A DNA stretch of 15,216 nucleotides from an uncultured archaeon (GCA_964592405.1 CAZQBY010000002.1:1-15216), one strand, 5' to 3'; positions 1 to 6,952 are shown, counted from the stretch's first letter. A program made the numbers and translations. The notes: a model not told the origin generated them from the letters alone.

Positions 1-35
1 ATGATTTTTCTCCCCCCTGGATATAATATCCAACC

Positions 36-743
36 ATGAGGGAATTCTTCTACAAGTACAAGGACACTCGCTTCCACAATCTTGGCGCGGGGACCAAGTC
101 TGTGGCGGTCGCGGCGATAGTGGCCATGTCCCTGCTCCTTGATGAGCCTCCCGCCCTGCTGGCTATCTTCGCCCTGACTGCCGCGATAGTCCTGGAGGCC
201 CGAATCGCGCGCGGGTGGCTGTTCTACATGAGGGTGGCTGCATGGATAGGTGGGATGATATTCCTGCTGAACCTCCTGCTTAACCAGGGCGGAGAGACTG
301 TTCTCTTCCGCGCGCATCTGGGGCTCCCCCTCTTCCAGAGCCTGCGGATAACCCTGGAGTCGGTCCTTTTCGGGCTGGTCATGGCCCTGCGGATGGCGGC
401 GGTGATGTCGGCCTTTGCCATATTCTCGCTCACCGTCTCGCCAGACCAGCTCATGCAGCTCATGAGGAGGCTCAGGGTGCCCGAAAAGTCCGTTTTTCTG
501 ACATCCCTCGCGACGCGCTTTGTGCCATCTCTGCTGGAGGATATGGAGACGCTCAGCCAGGTGCAGAGGGCGCGCGGCGCAAAGCTCAGAGGCATAAGGG
601 GCAAGGGGCCGATAATCATTCCCCTGCTTTCCAACTCGCTGGAGCGGAGCGTGAGCGTGGCCGAGGCCATGGAGGCGCGCGGGTTCGGCTCGGGAAGCGG
701 CGCTGGATTGGGAAATGAGCGAAACTGTGGGGACAGAGAATGA
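36..743 (+). CDS. ecfT: ECF transporter transmembrane component T (CbiQ/EcfT family)
   Basis: Hydrophobic N-terminal helices, then RFVP and the two conserved X-Arg-Gly motifs (QRARG, AMEARG); ATGA overlap with the downstream ABC ATPase. Confidence 0.93.
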   Translation: MREFFYKYKDTRFHNLGAGTKSVAVAAIVAMSLLLDEPPALLAIFALTAAIVLEARIARGWLFYMRVAAWIGGMIFLLNLLLNQGGETVLFRAHLGLPLFQSLRITLESVLFGLVMALRMAAVMSAFAIFSLTVSPDQLMQLMRRLRVPEKSVFLTSLATRFVPSLLEDMETLSQVQRARGAKLRGIRGKGPIIIPLLSNSLERSVSVAEAMEARGFGSGSGAGLGNERNCGDRE

Positions 744-2056
744 TAAAAATAAGGAATCTGAGCTTCACCTACGCCGGCGGGCAAAAGGCGCTGGACGGCA
801 TAGACCTGGACATCAAGAGCGGCGAGTTTGTCCTGCTGACCGGCCCCTCCGGCTCCGGAAAGAGCACTCTGGTCCGGTGCCTGAATGGTCTTATCCCAAG
901 CTTCCATGGTGGAAGGCTGGAGGGCTCAGTCATGGTGGGAGGCAGGAACGCCCTGAGCACACCGCCCAAGGACATGGCGCGCCTCGTTGGCATGCTCTTC
1001 CAGAACCCCGAGGACATGTTCGTCACCGAGACCGTGGAGAGCGAGATAGCCTTCACGCCTTTAACACTCGGATATCAGAGTGTTGGTGAAATGGTCAAAA
1101 GCATAATGGCTGAGTTGGGCATAGAGCGCCTCGTCGGAAGGAGCCTTCGCGAGCTGTCCGGCGGCGAGAAGCAGCTGGTGGCCCTGGCATCGGTGATGGC
1201 GACCGGGCCGGAGGTTCTGGTCCTGGACGAGCCGCTGTCGGAGGTGGACCACTCATCGGCCGGGAGGCTGATGGGCCTGCTCAGGAAGCTAAACGAAGGC
1301 GGCAGGACAATAATCCTCATAGAGCAGCGGACGGAGAAGGTACACGCCCACGCCACAAGGGAAATCTCATTGGAGGGCGGCAAAATCGCATACGATGGCA
1401 AACCGAGAAAGAACGGCGAGCCGGTCAGGAGTGAGAGGATAGAGACAGGCCAAGTGCTAGTTGACCTGGAGAGCGTCTCTTTCTCTTATGAAAACAACCG
1501 CGTCTTCAAATCCTTCTCCCAGAGCTTCCGCGAGGGCGAGCTGGTAGTCGTGGAGGGCCCCAACGGCTCGGGAAAGACCACACTCCTGAAACTCATAATG
1601 GGCCTGCTGCGCGCGGATGAAGGCAAAATCAACGTGGGCGGGCTGGAGAATCCCTCCGTGGAGCAAACCGCGGGAGCGGTGGGTTATGTATTCCAGAACC
1701 CAGACAATCATCTCTTCGCGGAAACGGTCAAGGAGGAAATCGAATTCATATTAAAAAATACAAACAGGGAGGGCGATGTTGACAAAATCCTAGACGACTT
1801 CGGGATTTTGCACTGCAAAAAAGCCTATCCGCGCTATCTTTCTGGCGGCGAGAAGCAGAGGGTGGCCCTAGCCTCAATATTGGTCGCCGAGCCGAAGGTC
1901 CTCCTGCTGGATGAGCCGACGAGGGGGATGGATCACGCGCTGAAGAAGAAGCTGGCCGAATACCTGTTACATTACATCAGGAAAGGCAACCTTGTTATAA
2001 TGGCGACGCACGACGACTACATGGCGAAGTGCGCCACGAGGAGGCTCAGGCTATGA
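740..2056 (+). CDS. ECF transporter ATP-binding protein with two fused ABC domains (EcfA-A')
   Basis: Two Walker A motifs (GPSGSGKS, GPNGSGKT), two FQNP Q-loops typical of EcfA/CbiO, two LSGGEKQ signatures, two LDEP Walker B motifs. Confidence 0.95.
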   Translation: MIKIRNLSFTYAGGQKALDGIDLDIKSGEFVLLTGPSGSGKSTLVRCLNGLIPSFHGGRLEGSVMVGGRNALSTPPKDMARLVGMLFQNPEDMFVTETVESEIAFTPLTLGYQSVGEMVKSIMAELGIERLVGRSLRELSGGEKQLVALASVMATGPEVLVLDEPLSEVDHSSAGRLMGLLRKLNEGGRTIILIEQRTEKVHAHATREISLEGGKIAYDGKPRKNGEPVRSERIETGQVLVDLESVSFSYENNRVFKSFSQSFREGELVVVEGPNGSGKTTLLKLIMGLLRADEGKINVGGLENPSVEQTAGAVGYVFQNPDNHLFAETVKEEIEFILKNTNREGDVDKILDDFGILHCKKAYPRYLSGGEKQRVALASILVAEPKVLLLDEPTRGMDHALKKKLAEYLLHYIRKGNLVIMATHDDYMAKCATRRLRL

Positions 2057-2814
2057 GATGGGGGCTTTTGATAATCGGGCTCCTGCTGCTCTCCATGCCG
2101 CCCATAGCTGCTGCCCCGTGGCTGATGCCACACTGGGGCCTCCTCTCGCTGGCCTTCGCAGGCATGGTAAGCCTAGCGATGTTCCTGGAGTTCGGGCAAA
2201 GGGCAGGCTCTTCCAGGGAGATCTCCCTGACGGCGATGCTGGGGGCGATATCGGCCGTGACACGAATCCCATTCGGCGCTTTCCCCAGCCTGCAGCCCTC
2301 GACATTCATAGTGGCGGTCAGCGGCTACGCCTTTGGCCCGGTCTCCGGCTTCATGGTCGGCGCGCTGACCGCGCTCATCTCCAATTTTTTCCTTGGCATG
2401 GGGCCCTGGACGCTCTACCAGATGCTCGCATGGGGATCGGTCGGCGCCTTCTTTTCGGCCCTGGCATGGCTCGGTCGGTGCATCTCCAATCTTCGGTTCT
2501 CAGCTTCCGGTCTCCGGTCTCAGGCTCCCCCCCAGAGGACCAAAGACCGAGGACTCAAGACAGGAAGGCTCACCATAGCCATCCTGGCTTTCTTCGGCTT
2601 CCTCTGGGGCTATGTGTTCGGCTTCATAATGAACCTCTGGTATCTGACCGCATTCGGCTTCCCGCTTACGCTCCAGTCTGTTGTAGCGCTCCAGGCGGTT
2701 AGCTTCTGGATGGACACGCTGCATGGCTTGGGCAATGCGGCCTTCTTCCTGATATTCGGGGGACGGATGATAAGGGTTCTGGAGAGGTTCAGGCGCAGGT
2801 TCAGGCGCTTTTAG
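2053..2814 (+). CDS. ECF transporter S component, CbrT (cobalamin)-like
   Basis: Start moved to ATG 2053 (ATGA overlap with the ATPase stop). Multi-TM protein with P-x-x-QP, ISNFFLGMGPWTLYQM and D-x-x-H-x-x-GN motifs that I recall from CbrT-type S components; substrate is inferred. Confidence 0.8.
   Translation: MRWGLLIIGLLLLSMPPIAAAPWLMPHWGLLSLAFAGMVSLAMFLEFGQRAGSSREISLTAMLGAISAVTRIPFGAFPSLQPSTFIVAVSGYAFGPVSGFMVGALTALISNFFLGMGPWTLYQMLAWGSVGAFFSALAWLGRCISNLRFSASGLRSQAPPQRTKDRGLKTGRLTIAILAFFGFLWGYVFGFIMNLWYLTAFGFPLTLQSVVALQAVSFWMDTLHGLGNAAFFLIFGGRMIRVLERFRRRFRRF
2483..2567. repeat. Inverted arrays of degenerate 7-nt repeats inside the S-component CDS
   Basis: Left arm TCTCCAA TCTTCGG TTCTCAG CTTCCGG TCTCCGG TCTCAGG (2483-2524); C-rich spacer; right arm CAGAGGA CCAAAGA CCGAGGA CTCAAGA CAGGAAG (2533-2567), approximately reverse complementary units. 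Confidence 0.75.
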
Positions 2815-2837
2815 TTCTTTTACTATCAATATAACCA

Positions 2838-3596
2838 ATGGCAGGGAAAAGGAAAAAGCCTCCAAAACACCCGGCTTCGGTCATGGAGCGGAAGACGGCC
2901 CGCGCCCTTGGCAGGGGTGAGAGGCACCCCCGGCTCGTGGAGAACGGCGTCCGGCCCAGATACAGGCGCATGCGCGACAGGCAGCTCAGGGGGATGATAC
3001 CTGATAAAAGAGCGAGGAACGAAGTCATCAGCCGCGAGATAGGCCTGCTTATGGAGAAAAGAAGGGAGCAGAGGGCCCTTGGGGAGGCGCGGGCGATAGA
3101 CCCGCTCACCGGGCTGCACACCCGCTCCCATTTCATGGACGAGTTGAGGAGGTACAAAAGAATCGCCTTGGAGGCCAGCAAGACAAGGGAGCGAAGGGAG
3201 AAGCGTCCGGCCAGACCCTTCGGCGTGATTTACCTAGACCTGAACAGATTCAAGGAGCTGAACGACGAAAAGGGCCACGCCGCCGGAGACAAGGCCCTTC
3301 AGGATGCCGCCGAGGCGATAAGGGGCAACGTCAGGGCCGACGACTTGGCTGGCAGGCTAGGGGGAGACGAGTTCGCCCTGCTGGTGCCCGGGGATGTCGA
3401 TGAGATGAAAAGGGTCGCCCGGAGGATACATAGTGCCCTGGCCGACAGGGGGCTCAGCGCCAGCGTGGGGATAGCGCAGTTTGATCCCAAAAGATGCAGA
3501 GACCCGCTCAAGGCCGCTGACAGGGCGATGTACAAGGCCAAGGCATGGTACAGGGAGGGCGCGGTCATGCCCACAGCCATCCACGGCAGAAAATAG
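2838..3596 (+). CDS. GGDEF-domain protein (putative diguanylate cyclase) with Arg/Lys-rich N-terminus
   Basis: DPLTGL, YLDLNRFKELNDEKGHAAGD, RADD I-site five residues before RLGGDEF, SASVGIA, ADRAMYKAK. Confidence 0.95.
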   Translation: MAGKRKKPPKHPASVMERKTARALGRGERHPRLVENGVRPRYRRMRDRQLRGMIPDKRARNEVISREIGLLMEKRREQRALGEARAIDPLTGLHTRSHFMDELRRYKRIALEASKTRERREKRPARPFGVIYLDLNRFKELNDEKGHAAGDKALQDAAEAIRGNVRADDLAGRLGGDEFALLVPGDVDEMKRVARRIHSALADRGLSASVGIAQFDPKRCRDPLKAADRAMYKAKAWYREGAVMPTAIHGRK

Positions 3597-3609
3597 CCTT
3601 TTTTCCTGC
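3586..3609 (+). terminator. Possible terminator after the GGDEF gene
   Basis: T6 tract at 3599-3604 just after the TAG stop; weak hairpin GCAGAAAA/TTTT(C)CTGC. Confidence 0.35.
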
Positions 3610-3631
3610 GAATCTCAAAATAACCCCTACT

Positions 3632-4339
3632 ATGGATTTAGCCAAGAAAGCTGCTGCTGAAAAGGCCTGTGAACTGGTAGAGGATGGCATGATTATTGGT
3701 CTGGGAACAGGTTCTACTGCAGAGTATGCCATCAGAAGGCTGGGACAGATGGTCAGGGACGGATTGCGCATAAAGGGAGTGCCCACATCTAGGCATACAC
3801 AGAGGCTTGCAGAGATTGTCAAGATACCAATCATACCCTATGAAGAGTTCCTTGCCAAGGAGTGGGATAAGGATTCGGGTGCATCAATAGACATAGACAT
3901 AGATGGTGCAGACTGTGTAGATCCGGAGTTCCGCCTGATAAAGGGGGGCGGGGGAGCACATACTAGGGAGAAGAATATAGCCACTGCCTCCAGACTCTTC
4001 TGCTGTATTGTTGACAACTCAAAGATTGTGCCAAAACTGGTAGGAAGCTTCCCGATACCGGTGGAGGTCATACCTGAATACTACCGTGAGGTCATGGCAA
4101 GACTGAAGAAATTTGGTGAGGTCAAGCTGCGTGAAACTGGAGGAAAGGTTTTTATAACTGATAATTCTAACTACGTGGTTGATGTTTCTCCGACCGTCGG
4201 CGAGCCGGACAGGCTTGAAGTCGACATCAATGAAATCCCAGGTGTTGTAGACAACGGGTTTTTCACCAAAAGAAGGCCTGAAATGGTCTTTGTCGGTTAC
4301 CCGGACGGTTCGGTGAAGGTCCTAGAACGTGGCGAGTAG
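3632..4339 (+). CDS. rpiA: Ribose-5-phosphate isomerase A
   Basis: GLGTGSTA, DGAD, LIKGGGGAHTREK motifs; start placed at ATG 3632 (MDLAKKAAA), which removes the overlap with the GGDEF gene. Confidence 0.96.
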   Translation: MDLAKKAAAEKACELVEDGMIIGLGTGSTAEYAIRRLGQMVRDGLRIKGVPTSRHTQRLAEIVKIPIIPYEEFLAKEWDKDSGASIDIDIDGADCVDPEFRLIKGGGGAHTREKNIATASRLFCCIVDNSKIVPKLVGSFPIPVEVIPEYYREVMARLKKFGEVKLRETGGKVFITDNSNYVVDVSPTVGEPDRLEVDINEIPGVVDNGFFTKRRPEMVFVGYPDGSVKVLERGE

Positions 4340-4349
4340 CTGATCTGCA

Positions 4350-4862
4350 ATGGCAGAAAAATCCAGTAAGAAGCCGGAGGATACAAAGGTAGAGAGTAAG
4401 AAGAAGAGCATACATAAGGTTAGAATACTTGCGACTGATATAGACAGTTCCAAGAAGCTTATAACCGGTATTTCATGTGTGAAGGGAGTGGGTCACAATA
4501 TGGCCAATGTCCTGGTGGTGCGGCTTGGTTTGGACCGCAGAAAGAGGCTGGTGGACCTATCTGAGGAGGAGATTGAAAGGATTGAAAATGCAATCTCTGA
4601 TCCGGCGGCCCTTGGGATACCCGGCTGGATGTTTAACAGAAGAAGGGATCATGACACTGGCAGGGACATCCATCTTAACACTTCTGATCTGACATTTGCC
4701 GTGAGGGAGGATATCAACCGCATGGGTGAAATAAAGTCCTACAAGGGTCTGCGACATACAAAAGGCCTGAAGGTCCGCGGCCAGAGGACCGCTTCAACAG
4801 GCAGGGGTAGCAGAGTGGTTGGTGTCCAGAGAAAGAAGCAACAACCAGGCAAGTCTAAGTAA
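4350..4862 (+). CDS. rps13: 30S ribosomal protein uS13 (archaeal S13)
   Basis: KGVG, IPGWMFNRRRD, YKGLRH..GLKVRGQRT motifs; first gene of the archaeal alpha-like operon. Confidence 0.97.
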   Translation: MAEKSSKKPEDTKVESKKKSIHKVRILATDIDSSKKLITGISCVKGVGHNMANVLVVRLGLDRRKRLVDLSEEEIERIENAISDPAALGIPGWMFNRRRDHDTGRDIHLNTSDLTFAVREDINRMGEIKSYKGLRHTKGLKVRGQRTASTGRGSRVVGVQRKKQQPGKSK

Positions 4863-4863
4863 G

Positions 4864-5505
4864 ATGGGTCAACCAAAAAAACAGCGAAGGAGATACAGTA
4901 CTCCAAAACACATGTTTAAAGGCAGGGAGGGGGAGGCTGAACTTATCAAGGCTTATGGTCTCAAGAACGCAAGGGAGCTCTGGAAGGCCAAGAGCGAGGT
5001 TGCACGCATAAGGGCTCTTGCCAGAAAGCTGCTTGCAAAGCCGGATGAGGCAGTCATCTCTGATCTCATGGGCCGGCTGAAGAGACTGGGGCTCCTTAAG
5101 AAGGACGCAAAACTTGAAGATGTTCTGGCGATAACCCTTGAGGACATACTGGACCGGAGATTGCAGACCGTAGTCTACAAGAGGGGCCTAACAACAACCA
5201 TCAAGCAGGCAAGGCAGGAGATAGTTCATGGGCATATCTCGGTTGGTGGAGGTCGTATGACATCTCCGGGTCATCTGACAACACTGGAAGAGGGCGAGAC
5301 TGTGGATTTCTATGCCGGCTCGCCACTTCGGAATCCGGAGCATCCGGTAAGAAGAATTGAGAAGAAGGCCTCTTCGGAGAAAGCCGATAAGAAGATAAAT
5401 ACTGAGGATATCAAAACATCCAATAGCGGAGCAGACACCTCTGGTGAAGAGGCGGAACCGGGTAAGAGTGTTCTGAGGGAAGTTTCTGAAACCAATAATG
5501 ACTAA
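4864..5505 (+). CDS. rps4: 30S ribosomal protein uS4 (archaeal S4) with C-terminal extension
   Basis: Start ATG 4864 (MGQPKKQRRRYSTP), YGLKN.RELWK, RRLQT, ARQ.IVHGHI. Confidence 0.97.
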   Translation: MGQPKKQRRRYSTPKHMFKGREGEAELIKAYGLKNARELWKAKSEVARIRALARKLLAKPDEAVISDLMGRLKRLGLLKKDAKLEDVLAITLEDILDRRLQTVVYKRGLTTTIKQARQEIVHGHISVGGGRMTSPGHLTTLEEGETVDFYAGSPLRNPEHPVRRIEKKASSEKADKKINTEDIKTSNSGADTSGEEAEPGKSVLREVSETNND

Positions 5506-6178
5506 AAAAACCAAGGAAAGGAGCAAAGAGGAAAAAAAGGTGGAAGAGAGTGAAAAGTCTGGAAAAAAAGAGGTTTCTGAAGGCTCCAACAAAAAAACCT
5601 CCAAGAAGGTAAGTGGAGTTAAAGAGAAGACCGGAGAAAAGAAACCGGCCAGAGAGGAAGCTCCAGAACAGACAGCCCCGGGTATCACAAAAGAGGATAA
5701 GAAAGACAATATAAGCAGGAAGCTTGTAGAGGAGGTCAAAAAGGGAATAATTGAGGAAAAGAAGCCATCGCTTCAGGCTACTCCAAAGAAATCCGAATTT
5801 GTTGCAGTAGTCCATGTACATGCCTCTAAGAACAATACCATAGTTACAGTAACTGATCTCTCTGGATCAGAGACTCTGGGAAGAGCCAGTGGGGGTATGG
5901 TGTCCAAGACCGGCAGGGAGGAGAAATCCCCATTTGCCGGGGGACAGATAGCAAAGAGGCTGGCAACCATACTGAAGGATAACGGCGTGCAGAAGGTAGA
6001 TGTCCTTTTGAGGGGAAAGGGAGGACACAGCGGACAAAAAAGTCCGGGGAGGGCTGCATCGACAGTCATAAAGATACTCGCCCGGTCCGGAATCAGGATC
6101 AGGCGGATAGAAGATGTAACTCCAATAGCCCATGGTGGATGTAAGCCACCAGGCGGAAAGAGGGGAAGGAGGGTATGA
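5498..6178 (+). CDS. rps11: 30S ribosomal protein uS11 (archaeal S11) with ~100-aa N-terminal K/E-rich extension
   Basis: HASKNNTIVTVTDLSGSET, SGGMV, IEDVTP, GGKRGRRV C-terminus; 8-nt overlap with rps4. Confidence 0.96.
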   Translation: MTKKTKERSKEEKKVEESEKSGKKEVSEGSNKKTSKKVSGVKEKTGEKKPAREEAPEQTAPGITKEDKKDNISRKLVEEVKKGIIEEKKPSLQATPKKSEFVAVVHVHASKNNTIVTVTDLSGSETLGRASGGMVSKTGREEKSPFAGGQIAKRLATILKDNGVQKVDVLLRGKGGHSGQKSPGRAASTVIKILARSGIRIRRIEDVTPIAHGGCKPPGGKRGRRV

Positions 6179-6213
6179 GAGTATAACTTATTTGTATCGG
6201 GTCATACTGCAAA

Positions 6214-6912
6214 ATGAACATCAGATACCTAAAGAGGGGGGACAACAAGGCGACCTTTATCGCCAGTGGCATTGACTTTGCTAGAGCGAATGCCTTAAGG
6301 AGGGCGCTAATGACCTATGTTCCATCTATGGCCGTTGAGCGAATAACTGTTTATGAGAATACTTCTCCCCTGTATGATGAGATACTTGCTCATCGAATAG
6401 GGCTGATACCGCTCACCACGGATCTTAAGACATACAATATGAGGACAGAGTGTAAATGTGGTGGAAAGGGATGCGCACGCTGTGAGACCGCTCTGATACT
6501 TGAAAAGAGCGGACCAAGTGTTGTTTATTCCGGTGACATAAAACCCCGGGATCCAAAGATAAAACCAGTTCACGACAGGATGATCATTGTGAAACTTGGT
6601 GAGGGACAGAAAATAAAGATGGAGATGACTGCCCGTCTGGGCTTTATGACTGAGCATGCCAAGTATCAGGGAGTCCTTGCTTCATGTGGACAACTCAGGG
6701 GTGATGATGAATTTAGATTCGTTGTTGAGTCGTATAACAATCTGACAATAGAGGAGATAATCGAGACGGCCATATCAGCCCTCAATAAGAGGCTCAGTGA
6801 ACTTGAAAATGCCTTTTTTGGTGAGGGGAAGTCGCACAAGGCTGCCTCAAAGGCCAAAAAGGCAACAAAAAAGGCAACAAAGACCAAAAAGAAGAAAAGC
6901 AGGAAGGAGTAG
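6214..6912 (+). CDS. rpoD: DNA-directed RNA polymerase subunit Rpo3 (D)
   Basis: ANALRR, ENTSPLYDEILAHRIGLIPL, CKCGGKGCARC Cys cluster, EHAKY; conserved position after rps11. Confidence 0.96.
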   Translation: MNIRYLKRGDNKATFIASGIDFARANALRRALMTYVPSMAVERITVYENTSPLYDEILAHRIGLIPLTTDLKTYNMRTECKCGGKGCARCETALILEKSGPSVVYSGDIKPRDPKIKPVHDRMIIVKLGEGQKIKMEMTARLGFMTEHAKYQGVLASCGQLRGDDEFRFVVESYNNLTIEEIIETAISALNKRLSELENAFFGEGKSHKAASKAKKATKKATKTKKKKSRKE

Positions 6913-6917
6913 GTCTG

Positions 6918-6945
6918 CCGTAAACTGTAAGCCGGAAACGGTAAA
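6918..6945 (+). repeat. Four degenerate 7-nt tandem repeats before tRNA-Leu
   Basis: CCGTAAA CTGTAAG CCGGAAA CGGTAAA; includes a GCCG-GAAA-CGGT GNRA-type mini hairpin. Confidence 0.55.
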
Positions 6946-6952
6946 CCAATTT

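Noticed and set aside
3545-3631. Longer N-termini from the ORF track for rpiA (also 2029, 4819, 7061, 8737, 10784 for other genes)
   Set aside because: These extensions overlap upstream genes or spacers and precede the conserved N-termini; downstream ATGs fit overlaps or SD motifs better.
3902-3921. RpiA DGADC instead of DGADE as a sign of inactivation
   Set aside because: Both Asp residues, the KGGG loop and the catalytic Glu of REK are intact, so loss of function is not indicated.
6185-6196. TATA-like ACTTATTTG about 26 nt before the rpoD ATG
   Set aside because: Position is plausible but the match is weak and the gene is normally co-transcribed with rps11; not supportable without TSS data.
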